The notes beneath the pieces were generated by a model that had not been told where the DNA came from, searched no databases, and saw nothing but the letters and a program-made list of their open reading frames with translations. A stretch of 64,000 nucleotides of DNA from Lepidodermella squamata (Eukaryota > Animalia > Gastrotricha). The stretch spans positions 1,736,001-1,800,000 of the forward strand of contig JBLDXI010000007.1 of assembly GCA_047495785.1 (NCBI GenBank). The letters run 5' to 3'. Within the stretch, counting starts at the first letter, position 1. The number at the start of each line of letters is the position of its first letter. The position numbers and the translations under genes are program-made. This document shows positions 1 through 12,622 of this stretch, in pieces.

Positions 1-616
1 CCAGTCACAGACGATGAGATCAGGCCGATCGGCCTCACATAACTCTTTCAGGCTCCGGAAAGCTCCTTCGTAATTAATCTGAATGTTGTCGAAAAAGGTT
101 CTAGATTGTCTCGAAATAGCTGGAAAGGTTGGCTGGTAATTTATTAATTTTTTCCTGATTTTTGTAAAATTTACCTTCATTTTGAGACGGAACTGTTTGA
201 CTTGCATTAGCAGATCGCAATTTTAATTGCTCGCGAATTCTCTGCCGAACTGTTGGGTCCTCTGGGAATACGTATTCCTCGGTATACTTGAGCTGAACGA
301 AGCTATTGAAATCGCCTGGTTTTATCCAGGCTTTAGCTGTTTCTGACAAAGCTGCATAGGTTGTTCGATGGCCGCGTTTTTGTAGTTCCCTTGATAGGAA
401 TAGAATCGGCTTGACTTGGAACCTTGTGCAAACCTCGGTTGAGAATAGAATGTGCCCTTGTTTCGAGACAAGTTTCACGAGATCGGGTGACATATTCCCC
501 TTGATTTCTTCCAGCTTTTCCGATAGATATCCGGGTTGTTCAGCCCGACTTTGATCATCTTCGGCAGCTGCTGAGAAAAATACCTGAGGCAAGAGGATGA
601 CGAGAAATAACTGCAT
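1..616 (-). CDS. UDP-glycosyltransferase (UGT-1), 5' part; runs off window start; intron ~120-175
   Basis: Signal peptide MQLFLVILLPQVFF, then ...LSRELQKRGH. Exon 2 reads AISRQSRTFFDNIQINYEGAFRSLKELCEADRPDLIVCDW, collinear with the two upstream paralogues. Confidence 0.9.
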
Positions 617-1201
617 AATTGAACAGCGCAGTTGATAACTGCTAATAAATGAAAAAATGAAATTGTTCACTCTCTACTTCACTATAAATGATGATGTGGC
701 ATTGTGGGGACGCATCGCACGTTAATAGTCCATTGTTGAGTTATTGGATGTAACCAAGTAGTAAGCCTTTATTACCGAGATATCACAAAAGCTAGGCTTT
801 TATGTAAGTTAATTTTCAAAAGTAAAAAACATGTTTTAAAAACAAGGAAAGAACTACTATAGGTACATGCTACCTATCTGTTGTTCCGTGATATAAAAGT
901 TATCATTTCATTTTGCTAAAAAAATTGAGAATTTTCTTTTCGTGCAACTAGGCTCATTTGATAGACCGCGAAATCTCGTATATATCTACCCAAACTCAAA
1001 AAAATTGAAAAGGGTCTATTAATTAGTCTGTGGATTTTTTTAAACGATTAATTTTATCATGGGCGGATAGGGCGTTTTGTGATCAAAATAGTAATCGCGT
1101 GCCGCGCTTTTTACAATAATAATAAATTCACTATAAAAAGATCGCTTGCATCCTATCTGTTAAAGTGCTTCTATTTAGACCAGATCCACACTGTCGTGAT
1201 T

Positions 1202-2967
1202 TCACATTTTATTTGTTTTCAAATATATTGCAAAGTCTTCAGGTATAATACGAATTATGAGGAAAGGAATAATAAGCAAAAATATAAAATTAGCGTATAG
1301 ATCCAAATCGTACAGCCTGTAAAATGGCACTTCATCTTCGAACATTCTCAAGTGGTCCGAACCGATCGTCATTTCCATTTCAATTATATCAACAGCCTGT
1401 TCGAAATTCTGGGCGTTGTAGTACAAAGCCGCTCCTGCTTTTAGAAGGTTCTCAATCAATATAGGATCTTTACGGCGATATCGAGCTATGATTTCTTGTG
1501 ATTTATCGCAAATATCCATCTCAGTCGCCTCGCCATTCGCATAACTGTCGAGAACATCAGCAACTCCAAGCTCCTTCGCCCGCATGCTTGTTAGATGTTG
1601 ATCATTGACAATAGGATGAAGCAGCATGGGTTAGCCAGCTAGAATCGATTCAAACAAGCTCTCCAAACCTCCGTGATTTACAAACAAAGAAACAGCAGGG
1701 TGTTTCAGGACTTGAATTTGAGCGACTCGCTTTTCTAGCCTTAAATTCGGGAATTTTCGTGGGTCGCTGTAAATCTTAGGTGGTAGAGCCGCTTCCAATT
1801 GTACGTTGCCGTAAGACCATAGAATATTTACCTTTAAATCCTGATTTTTCCGACAAAATAATCCACGAATTAATCGTTGCATTGTCGAGTTGGTAGGGGT
1901 GACTAAAGACCCGAAGCCCAAGTAGACCACGACTTCATTCCGAGAATGAGCATCATCCAGCCATTGATTAAGGCTGGGTTCCATTTTATAGATGTCCGGT
2001 TCAACTATTGCTCCTAAAACATGGATGAAAGGCGACGTGTACCTCGCGTATTCAAAGCCCCAGTGGCTATGGGCAAAAATGTGCCGATTTTTATAAGGAG
2101 CTGTGATGTCAAAACTGTCAGGAAGTCCAAATTTCGCCCGGATTTTGGACCTCTCAGCCAAGCCCTCGTATAAGCCGAACATCATCCTAATCGGAAAGAC
2201 GAATTTAGCGTGAAGCCGTTGCTGAAACGTGGCGTCGAAAGGGCTGTATGGCGTGACAAGAGTCGGAATGAAACTTTGAACTCCTGGAACAACAGCAACA
2301 ATCGATAAGGAAGCCGTTACAACATAAGGAATTTTCGATAAAGTCGCTACATCGGGGCAACTTTGAGATACCCAGTCGCAAACGATGAGGTCGGGTCGAT
2401 CGGCTTCACATAAGTCCTTCAAGCTTCGAATAGCTCCTTCATAATTATGCTGGATGTTGTATAGAAACAATTCTGACTGTTGCGAATAGGCTGGAAAGAG
2501 GCAAGGGACAAGGAAAAGGGACAATTTTGGAAATAAAATAATTTACCTGCATTTTGAGTTGGGACAGTTCGGCTAGCGGAATCTACTAAAAGATTGAATG
2601 CGTGGCCAAGCTGTTCCCGAATATTCTCATCGCGAGGATACTCGTATTCGGCAGTGTATTTCAACTGAACGAACTTGTTAAAATCCCCGGGCTTTATCCA
2701 CGTTTTCGCCGCATCGAACAGCGCAGCATAGGTTGTGCGATGGCCGCGCTTTTGTAGAGCTCTCGAGAGAACCAACATCGGCTTGATATGCGACCGAGTG
2801 CACATTTCGGTTGAAAATAACACGTGTTTTTTCTGCGATACCAGTCTCACCAGTTCCGGGGACATGTTACCTTCAATTGCATCGATCAGCTTACCCGCAT
2901 GATTAACTTCTTCGCCATTAATTATGTAAATTTGAGCCAAGAAAGTTGTCAGCAAAATCATAAGCAT
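1202..2967 (-). pseudogene. UDP-glycosyltransferase (UGT-2), 2 exons (intron 2491-2546), in-frame TAA at 1631-1633
   Basis: Highly similar to UGT-3. In the signature region FVNHGGLESLFESILAG*PMLLHP..DQ it has TAA where UGT-3 has AAA (Lys). The C-terminal tail is also frameshifted relative to UGT-3. Confidence 0.75.
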
Positions 2968-3375
2968 TTTTCAAGAAATTGTGAATCTAAAATAATGGGC
3001 TGATAAAGCATGTGTTCTCACCGCGTAGATCACGTGAAATTAACTCGCAGAATATAAAAAATCGTAAAAAAAAAATAATATGACGTATTAACCTAGTAAA
3101 CCGTGACATCCTTTGACCCAATTTCCAGAAAATCTAAGTCTGAGAAGGGAAGATTTTACAAAAGGTAATAACATTCTACTTCCAATTTTATCAAAAATTG
3201 GTTGGGAAAATAAAGAGTTGACGTGAATTGAAGATCGGTCAGCGTTGCCGTGTCGTGAAGAACAACAGCCAAAAAGGAGCCACTTATCAGTGTGTTCGTG
3301 GTTCATGTACTCCACGTGTAGGCATGCCTGGGATGTCGTCCGAATCTAGCCTAAACGTGATTCAAGCTACAGCTA

Positions 3376-3530
3376 CAGTTTCGCGTTAAGCCGGACGATA
3401 ATAAGCCGAACTTGCGTTGATACGGACAACTTTGCTTGGCTCGTACCGAGGACTTTACGTACAAAAGGTTTAGCTGAACTTTCATTTATAGCCGGACAAA
3501 ATTATCTGGCACGGGTCGTGTTAACTACTG
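3376..3530. mobile_element. Short degenerate Tc1/mariner/pogo-like MITE
   Basis: TA|CAGT...ACTG|TA ends and internal GCCGGAC-like repeats. Absent from the paralogous UGT-3 upstream region (~6760-6800), where the two flanks (aacgtgattcaa / aactcgaaattcgc) lie almost adjacent. Confidence 0.4.
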
Positions 3531-4232
3531 TAGATTCGAACTCGAAATTCGCTTTTTTTCCCCATTTTGCAAATACCGTATTTTGAATATTTTCCTGATT
3601 ATTTTGAATGGCCTAAAAACGCGGTGATTATTCGGGTGCGATGTGCGATCTTTAATCGGGTGCAGCCTTTATTTACCCCACTCTGTAATTATCTATTAAA
3701 ATAGGCCATTCCGATAGAATAAATAATGGAATAATTTTGTATTTCCGACGCTCTAAGTCCATGAGACGTACGATAGGACGCCCCGGCTCGTAGAAAATCA
3801 GAAATAATGTGATTTTTTTAATGAGGTGCAAATTCCAAATTGCTGATTTTTTGCCATATAAAAGTGTGCATATTCACACTTCTAGCTCATTATTTATTTC
3901 GAGGAAATATTATGGAAGCTTCGAAGCCGTGTCCTATAGTAAGTCTCATGTCTAAGTCAAGATGGTACGAGGACAGAAATTACAGGTTCCATGAAACTAG
4001 CTTAAGGTATTATGAACTAAATTTGAACGTGATCGGAACCAAAATGCAATTAAATTTCAATTCGCCCGAAATTCGTGTTCAGAATTTTCTAAATCCTCAA
4101 GATTGGCTAAAAAATTCAACAATTTGTTTACAAAAAATTTACGCTGAAAAAGTTCTTAATTTTCGTCAGATATTCTGGTAAAATATTAGAATATTCAGAT
4201 CCTTTCTCCACTGTCGTGATTTCATTTTTTAT

Positions 4233-6005
4233 TCAATCATTCTTTTTTATATCGCCAAGTCTTCGGGTTCGGTTCATACGAAATATAAGGAGAGGAATAA
4301 TTAGCAAAAATATAAAAATAGCGTAAAGATCTAGATCGTACAGCCTGTAAAATGGCACTTCATCTTCGAACATTCTCAGGTGGTGTGAACCAATTGTCAT
4401 TTCCATTTCAATTATATCAACAGCTTTCTCGAAATTCTGAGCGTTGTAGTACAGAGCGGCTCCAGCTTTCAGAAGATTACTTAATAATAAAGGATCTTTA
4501 CGGCGGTATCGAGCTATGAGCTCATGTGATTTATCACAAATATCCATCTCAGTCGCCTCGCCATTCGCAAAGCTGTCGAGTACATCGGCAATACCCAGTT
4601 CCTTCGCCCGCATGCTGGTTAAATGTTGGTCGTTGACCATAGGATGAAGCATCATGGGTTTGCTAGCTAGAATCGATTCGAACATGCTCTCCAATCCTCC
4701 GTGGCTTACGTATAAATGAACAGCAGGGTGTTTAAGGACTTGAATTTGAGCGACTCGTTTTTCCAGCCGTAAATTCGGGTAATTTTCTAGGTTGCCGTAA
4801 ATCTCAGGTGGAAGAGCCGCTTCCAACTTGGCGTTGCCGTAAGACCATAGAATAGTTACCTTTAAATCCTGATTTTTTTGGCAAAATATTCCACGAATTA
4901 ATCGTTGCATTGTCGAGTTGGTTGGGGTGACTAAAGATCCGAAGCCTAAGTAGACCACGACTTCGTTGCGAGAATACGCGTCATCCAGCCATTTTTGAAG
5001 GCTGGGTTCCATTTTATAGATGTCAGGCTCAACTATTGCTCCTAGAACGTGGATGAAAGGCGACGTGTACCTTGCGTATTCAAAACCCCAGTGGCTATTT
5101 GTGAAAATGTGCCGATTCCTATAAGGAGATCTGGGGTCAAAAGTGTCAGGAATTCCTAATTTCGCCCGGATTTTAGACCTCTCAGCCAAACCTTGGTACA
5201 CGCTTAAAATCATCCTAATCGGATAGATAAATTTAGCGTAAAGCCGCTGTTGAAACGTGGCGTTGAAAGGGCTGTATGGTGTTACATAAGTCGGAATGAA
5301 ACTTTGAACTCCTGGAACAACAGGTACGGTCGATGAGGAAGTAGTTACCACGTAAGGAATTTTCAATAAATTCGCAACATCGGCGCAACTTTGAGAAAAC
5401 CAGTTGCAAACCATGAGGTCGGGTCGATCGGTTTCACATAAGTCTTTCAAGCTCCGAAAAGCTCCTTCATAATTTGTCTGAATGTTGTATAGAAACATTT
5501 CCGACTGTAGCAAATAGGCTAGAAAGGAAAAATAATTCAATTTATTCAAGTTTCGTTATTTTATTAAATGAAAGATAAAATATTTACCTTCATTTTCGGA
5601 TGGAATTTTTTGGTTGGTGGCGTCTACTCGAAAATTAAAATCCTCGACAATTTTTTCTCTAACATTTTCGTCGCGAGGATATTCGTATTCGGCAGTGTAT
5701 TTCAATTGAACGAAATTGTTAAAATCCCCGGGCTTTATCCAAGTTTTCGCCGCATCGAACAGGGCAGCATAGGTTGTGCGATGGCCGCGTTTTTGTAGAG
5801 CTCTCGAGAGAACCAACATCGGCTTGATATGCGACCGAGTGCACATTTCAGTTGAAAATAGCACGTGTTTTTGCTGCGATACTAGTCGCACCAGCTCTGG
5901 GGACATGTTACCCTCAATTGAGTCGATTTTATTCGGATGATTTACATCTTCGCCAGTAATTATGTAAATTTGAGCCAAGAAAGTTGTCAGCAAAATCACG
6001 AGCAT
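4233..6005 (-). CDS. UDP-glycosyltransferase (UGT-3), intact, 2 exons (intron 5519-5587)
   Basis: Signal peptide, RSH catalytic His motif, PDLMVC, UGT signature (AQIQVLKHP..YVSHGGLESMFES...HPMVNDQ), C-terminal TM helix and KKND (KKxx ER-retrieval) tail. Confidence 0.95.
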
Positions 6006-7641
6006 TTATATAAAATTGCGAATCTAACTGCCAAAGTTGGCCTAAAAAATCATAAAGCTCTCGCGTGAAAAAAACATAAAAAATCGTAAATAAATTAAGA
6101 TGTCGAATTAACCTTGTAAACCGTGACATCTTAGACTCAATGTTCACGAAATCAAGGTACAACGAGAGAAGAGATAAGAAGTCTGTATCAAGGCAGTAAA
6201 ATTCTATTTTATCTAAAACTCGTTACAAAAAAGTGAAGCGTTTAATCGATGATAATTTCGAATTTCATGCTAAATCGATTAGCTAAATCGGGGCGAGTCT
6301 GCAACCTTCGAAAAATAAGAAAATAGCTTCCCGGGCTAGTATAGATTTTACTTCTTAGAAATCTCAAAAAATGAAAAAATCGACAGAAAGTCAATGGTTT
6401 TGAGCCTTATTATATTACCCTCAAAACTGGGCTAATATTTCAACATTACAATATTTCTCCCTAAAATAATAAAAAAATATTATCGCCTGTAGTTTATAGC
6501 CCAAATATACTTGGGTCTTGTAGCACTTAGGACTGGCAGCATGAAAATTCTCAATTTCCAAAAAAGTAGCGTTAAAAGCGAAATTTATCAAAGTTTTTAT
6601 GGTCGTTGCTTATATACTAGATTGTTTGCCCGCTGAAAAAAATATCGTGTATGGTGACCTCCGACAGGTTTCTTAATTCTGTCTGCGTTTGCCGTGTCGT
6701 GAAGAACATTATTAGCTTAACGGAAACCACATATAAGCAGTAGGCCGCCTGAAATGAGTGCTAACGTGATTCAATCTGGATATCAACTCGAAATTCGCTT
6801 TAAAAAAATAATAACAGTTTTATTTATACTTTTCTCGACTAGCGTCTTTTACTGTTTCCGGTTTTGAAGAGGGCGAAGGTAGGCGAAGAATGCTCATACC
6901 ACCCACCCGCACAGTTGAAGATTCTGCTTTTTCCATAAAATGCATAGTTTTTAATCAAGTTAACAACCGCACAGTAAAAAAAAATTCAGTGATTACCGAG
7001 CTAAAATGGCTACTCGGTGATCACCAATTTACATGTTAATTGATTCCCGGCAAAACTGAGCGTGCACCTGGTGATTACCGAGTTTTTCGGTGACAACCGA
7101 GTTGGTTACAACCGAGTTTTTGACAACCGATCTGACGAAATCGGTTAAAACCGACCGAAAAATAGGTGATAACCGACTATTAGGTTCATTTTTACCGATT
7201 TTCTTCTAGGTTATAACCGACTGCTTCAGCATGCTCAGCGGCAGCGGGCTTCTTTCTGCAGGCGCTCACCAGTATACTATGGCATAATTAGCTATTGTAT
7301 GCATAAAAACGTTTCGCGTGGGATCCATTCTTAGTTTATTGATTTAAATCTGTGCAGAACGTTTCGTCACCGGAAATATCGAATAATAATATACAGATTC
7401 ACGCGAAGATTACGAAATTTTGGAGGCATCAATTACTGAGCGGAAATTACGAAATTTTCGAGGTATTAATCGATGATAATATTCAGAAAATCTCAGTGAT
7501 AATGCGACACGTGAAGATTTGAGCAAAACTGTTATATATGAGCACAAAATGTAGCAGACACCCGCTGCAAATTATAATTTAGTCGTATACGACATGTTAG
7601 CAAAGTTTCAATAACAATACCTCAATCAATAACAGCGATAT

Positions 7642-10413
7642 TCACATTTTGACAGGCAAGTTATCGACAATAATGAAGGAGTTGCCGAGGCTGTTGGCAT
7701 GAACAGAATAGGTGCGGACAACCTCGAGGTCGACTATTTTAACAACAGACACTCTACGTGTTTCAAGAATCGGAAGTCCCATAATTTTTTTATCAAGCGT
7801 GCCGCATTTCACTTCTCTAACTAATAAACAAAAAGCATCATCGAGCCTGATTATCGAAGCAATGACAGCAAATCGTGGAATATTTTCAGCTGAAGAGAAC
7901 CAAGTTGGTGAAGATTTTCCTATCATAACAGCTAGACCTTTATAAAAAAAGCTACCACAATATTTGAGCGAAAGAAAAGATTCAAAAAATCGAGGAAGGT
8001 TAAGATCGAGAGGAGCGTCATCAACAATATCAGCTAATTTCACAGTCCTAGGCTTACTACTTACAAAATTACTTTCAGCATTAAAAAAATTCAGAACCTG
8101 GAAACTACATGCATCGGCGATTTGTTTAGCAGAATTATTATGGTTGGAGACATAGCCCTTAAAGCGGGAAAGAGCCCGCTCAAATTTAAAATTGGAATGG
8201 AAGCGAATCGGTCCGTACTCAATGACTTGCGTGGCATAGTGTACCAAGTGATGAAATTTGTTTTGCAACATTTTTTCAGAGTCGTTTTCGGAATAAGTCT
8301 CAGCAACTAATGAAAGAAAAGATGCCACAAGCTCACTCATCATTTCAATATCTTCAGAATAAAGTATCGGTGACATACAAAAAGATGTTATAACAACAGC
8401 GTATAAGAAGCATTTGTATTGGCGAGAAGCAAAAAAATTCGATTCTTTCAGTTTAGGGATAGAAGACAAAATGAGACCAAAACGAGACAGTAGAATTCGA
8501 CAATGGGTAGCGCTGAGCTTGATACAAAAGTGATTGCGTCGCGGCTCCGTGAATTCGACTCGTGGGCGGCCGTCAAATTTTTCCAACATATCCCATGTGA
8601 AACTGGCAACAGCGTCGTTTAGATCTTGTAACGTCAACTTGAATTGGACACCTGCGTACTTCAGCAAGTCTTCGAGTTGATAGTGCAGCACCCCTAAAAA
8701 AATAGCGAATGTTTGCTTGAAGCCGCTAATGATGCCAATATTTCTTACCTTCGTACAAGTCATGCATGGGATCGTTTAACAAAAGCTGCGGAAAGTTGTA
8801 GGCTTTCAGGCGAGGATCCAGAAACACCGACCTGTGGCCGGTAAGATTGAAATTGGAACATCTGAATCGAACAAAAAATGTATTGAATAAAAGCGCAGTC
8901 TCATCCCTTACTGTTTGGTCTTTGCCGCTGAAGTCTTTTGACCCAGAATAACCTCGACGGCGACGCGGATGGAGTCGACAGTTCTCAGCCCTGACTCGAT
9001 GAAACTACGAAGAAAATCCTTCCGCAGCAAAACACATTTTCGACAGGTTGAAGCCGATTTACTGAAGCTTTTTTGCATCCCAGCCAAGTCATGAGCTGCA
9101 AGAGAGTCGGCGGCAATCGCAACCATGACACACTGGGCAGTGCCTTGAGGCAACGACATAATTTGCTCGAGATCGGCAAACAGCCTCGTAAGAACGACAT
9201 CCAAATCTGTTTGAAAAGACATTTACTAAGGCCAACGTTCAAATGAAACTTTCTTACGCGCACTCGTTGCAACTTCTATGTCTTTGGCGTTTGCGATAGC
9301 CAATAGGAATACATTAGAGGCCGGATCAAACAGTCCAATTTCGGCAAAGCTCCATGAGTAAATCGAATATTTATGGTTAGCGGCGAAGGGTCCGATCGCG
9401 TTCGTAAATGTCATTTCGTCGTAAAAAATAACCAATGGAATGACGAAGGAGGCAATTGTCAACCTGATGAGTCTCTGAACCTGGCGACCATGGATCATAG
9501 ATCGATAAACAGTGACATTTTCACCCATTTCCAGCAGCTTCGTTTTCGCAAAATTTGCAGCAAATTCGGCATTCTCGGATAGAATTGCATTAATTTGTGG
9601 TATGACCGGCAGGTAAATCCAAGAGCCGATTTTTTCCGGTTCGACGTCCGCCCATTTCTTGACGAGGAATATAGAAAACTAATGAATAAAAAAATAAAAT
9701 GAAACTAATCTGTTATACCTCAAACGTTGCTTTACGACGATATGCCGTACGAGTGGAACCGAAGAGGTAATCAACGTTAGACGCACTCGTGGCTTTGTCG
9801 ATAACATCCAGAAAATACCCGACTATCCATATAAGAAACCTGAAAAATTCACATTGAATTATGACTACTTAGAACTTAAAATATTTACAACGAACGTTAT
9901 CACGAATGAAATCAGAGCTTGCGAGGCGCGATACTGATATTTCAATGCAAATGCAAATGTTTCGATTCTTGATCGCACCATTATTAGGTCTGGTCCGCTG
10001 GGCGGCGCGCGTTTGGGCGTCGTTGGAATTCTGTCGTCGCCTTCTTCAGTCGGAGTACCTTGAATCAACTCGTCGCCTTCTTCAGTCGGAGTACCTTGAA
10101 TCAACTCGTCGCCTTCTTCAGTCGGAGTACCTTGAATCAACTCGTCGCCTTCTTCAGTCGGAGTACCTTGAATCAACTCGTCGCCTTCTTCAGTCGGAGT
10201 ACCTTGAATCAACTCGTCGCCTTCTTCAGTCGGAGCAGCTGATTTGCGCTGAATTTTACACGGAGGCTCCGATAGGTTGGAAGAAGTTGAAGGCGCAGCT
10301 GGATCGGCTGACGCACCCGCTTTCGATTTCGCGCATTGCTTCTTGTGATCTTTGAGTATATGCAACCTCATTGTCCGAAAGCCGCACTTGCATTTTTTCG
10401 TCGTAGGTCCCAT
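7642..10413 (-). CDS. EnSpm/CMC-type DDE transposase, ~6 exons, ~830 aa
   Basis: Motifs in the expected order after splicing small GT-AG introns: FYDEMTFTNAIG..HK; AADSLAAHDLAG..SF...CRKC; DPMHDLYEG (exon ~8749-8861); KFHHLVHY...GP...FKFER. N-terminal CxC...H...C putative Zn finger. Confidence 0.88.
10035..10235. repeat. 36-bp coding minisatellite (PTEEGDELIQGT x ~5.5) in transposase exon 1
   Basis: Unit cttcttcagtcggagtaccttgaatcaactcgtcgc repeated identically 5 times plus a partial copy. Confidence 0.95.
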
Positions 10414-10631
10414 TTAAAAGCTTCCTAAATAACGACTTCAAACGAATTCTAGGTTCTAGGGATGCATTATTGAGCATTCATTCAATGAAAACGTAAGGGA
10501 ATTGATGGTAAGAGCGAATCGAACGTGAGCAGTTTAAGTAGGTCAGATGATATGGAAACATGAAAAACATAATCAAAACAAAATCAAGTCAATTCAAGAA
10601 AGTCTCAGCTGAATGTGCATCACGTCAACAG

Positions 10632-12183
10632 TTAGTTGTCGGAATCAAAGTCGACTTCATTCTGGGAAACCGGTTGCAGCGGCGGTGTCTTTGGGTCATT
10701 TCTCTGCTTCTTAGGAGCGGGCTTAATAGGCGACTCTTCTAAAACTGTTTCTTTCTCCGTCTTCTTCTTCGGAACAGCAGGACGAGAAGCCGCTGGACGT
10801 GGAGTCTTCTTTGTTTCAACCGGTTCAGCATCTGCAGGTTCTTTCTCCGTCTTCTTCTTCGGAACAGCAGGACGAGAAGCCGCTGGACGTGGAGTCTTCT
10901 TTGTTTCAACCGGTTCAGCATCTGCAGGTTCTTTCTCTGTCTTCTTCTTTGGAGCAACAGGACGAGAAGCCGCTGGACGTGGAGTCTTCTTTGTTTCAAC
11001 CGGTTCAGCATCTGCAGGTTCTTTCTCCGTCTTCTTCTTCGGAGCAACAGGACGTGGAGTCTTCTTTGTTTCAACCAGTTTGGCATCTGCAGGTTCTTGC
11101 TCCGTCTTCTTCTTCGGAACAGCAGGACGTGGAGTCTTCTTTGTTTCAACCAGTTCGGCAGCTTCTTCGTCATCAGATTCTTCTTCTTCGTCGTCAGATT
11201 CTTCTTCTTCGTCGTCAGATTCTTCTTCTTCGTCTTCAGATTCTTCTTCTTCGTCATCAGATTCTTCTTCTTCTTCTTCTTCTTCAAAGAACGAAGCAAC
11301 TATGTCATCTAAATTCTCTTGCAGCGTCATCGAGCCGGAAGCTTCATGCGTATCGCCTTTGCTTTCGTCATTTGATTTCGCTGTCTTCGCCTTTCTTCCT
11401 GGCTTTTTCTTCCGTCTCTGGTTCTTGCGTTTCGGAGTGTTTACTTCATCCTCATCGCCGCCGCCGCCTTTCTTCTTGTTGTTCATGGATTGTGACAGCT
11501 TCTCTCGAAAAATTAACTAAAATAAAGACCCTAGATTAAATATGCACATGTATAATCTGGATAGACTGAACTATACCTCATGACTGAACTCCGTCGTTTG
11601 CAGCTGCAACAGCCAAGGGTAAGCCACCCGAAATTGATCGGCTACGTAACTGTAATCTGAGCTTCTGAAGCGGCGCCCGGGGTTCCTTTCGAGTAAGTAG
11701 CGAATAATGCATTGTCTTAACGAGTTCCAGGAGAATCTTAGGCAGTTGTTGTTCATTTCTGCTTCAAGGAGTGGATTTATAGCCGCGAAGTCGAGCTCGT
11801 TGATTTCGAAATGAAAAGGTGGTTCGTCTTTCTGTAAATATAAGAATTAAATTACATGCTAATTCCTAATGAATGATTCGCTAATTCTGATACCTTGTTC
11901 TTGGCATTCCGGATAGAGTCAAGCATTCCACGAAAGGCTACGCGATAGCCGATCTTGCTAGGCGGAAAAACCTCATTGATCACCTCATCTGTCGTTTTCG
12001 ACTCATCCATTAGATCTTCAACCACTGTAAGGCCAGCATCTATGACAGGATGGGCATGAAAGTCAACGCTGCGCAATTCGAGTAATGAACAATACCCTCC
12101 AGGATATCAAAAATGCCATCTCTGATGTCTTCGGGTTGATTGAATTTCCCGAAAGTTCGCATCAATCGCTCTCTTCCCGCCAT
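10632..12183 (-). CDS. Transposon accessory gene 2: SAM-like N-terminus, helical domain, acidic tract and Lys/Pro-rich repeats; 4 exons
   Basis: Spliced reading MAGRERL...ILE|DAGLTVVEDLMDESKTTDEVINEVFPPSKIGYRVAFRGML (SAM-like)...|...YVADQFRVAYPWL...SHE|LIFREKLSQSMNNKKK..., ending EVDFDSDN*. Introns are GT-AG. Confidence 0.75.
10750..11285. repeat. Coding repeats: 90/75-bp units (KKKTEKEPADAEPVETKKTPRP[AASRP]AVP) and 21-bp EEEESDD units
   Basis: 90-bp periodicity visible directly (10751 vs 10841 vs 10931); 21-bp acidic repeats at ~11160-11285. Confidence 0.9.
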
Positions 12184-12622
12184 GGTCACTAATCAATAAG
12201 TGGCTAAAAAACAAGGAAAAGGAAATGAAATAAAAGAAGGGTATCTTTATGATAAAGTTATATAGCCGGCAGAAAATGTATGAGGATTAGAAAAGACAGA
12301 AGGTGTACAGAAGTAGAAGCGGTTGGAGCGGTTGAACGTCGGCATGACCGTTGTTCACCGCTCACAGCAATGCGAGCGCATGCCGCTTTGAGATTTGAGA
12401 CAAATTTGAGACAAAATAACATTATTTTGCATACAATAAATAGAAAATTTAATATTGCATCATCTTCAATTAAATTGAATACCTGTCATGAAATTTGAGC
12501 GTTAAAATGGAACTTGTGTGAGGCCCTCACCACCGCGGCTCTAAGGTTAGGTCAACCTCATGCCGGCGACTTCGTTTGAAAATTCAAAACCTGCGTGTCA
12601 CACGATACACAACTCACGTGAA

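Noticed and set aside
6990-7225. Transposon subterminal ACCGA repeats as the source of the GST promoter motif
   Set aside because: Only a 5-6-bp core is shared (AACCGA/TACCGA vs TTGACCGAC), and no TIR remnants surround the promoter copies.
7642-9900. Transposase as a fragmented pseudogene
   Set aside because: Each break coincides with a plausible small GT-AG intron that restores the frame and the conserved motifs.
10636-11539. Long overlapping ORFs on the plus strand and in alternative frames
   Set aside because: Shadows of the low-complexity repeat exon of accessory gene 2.
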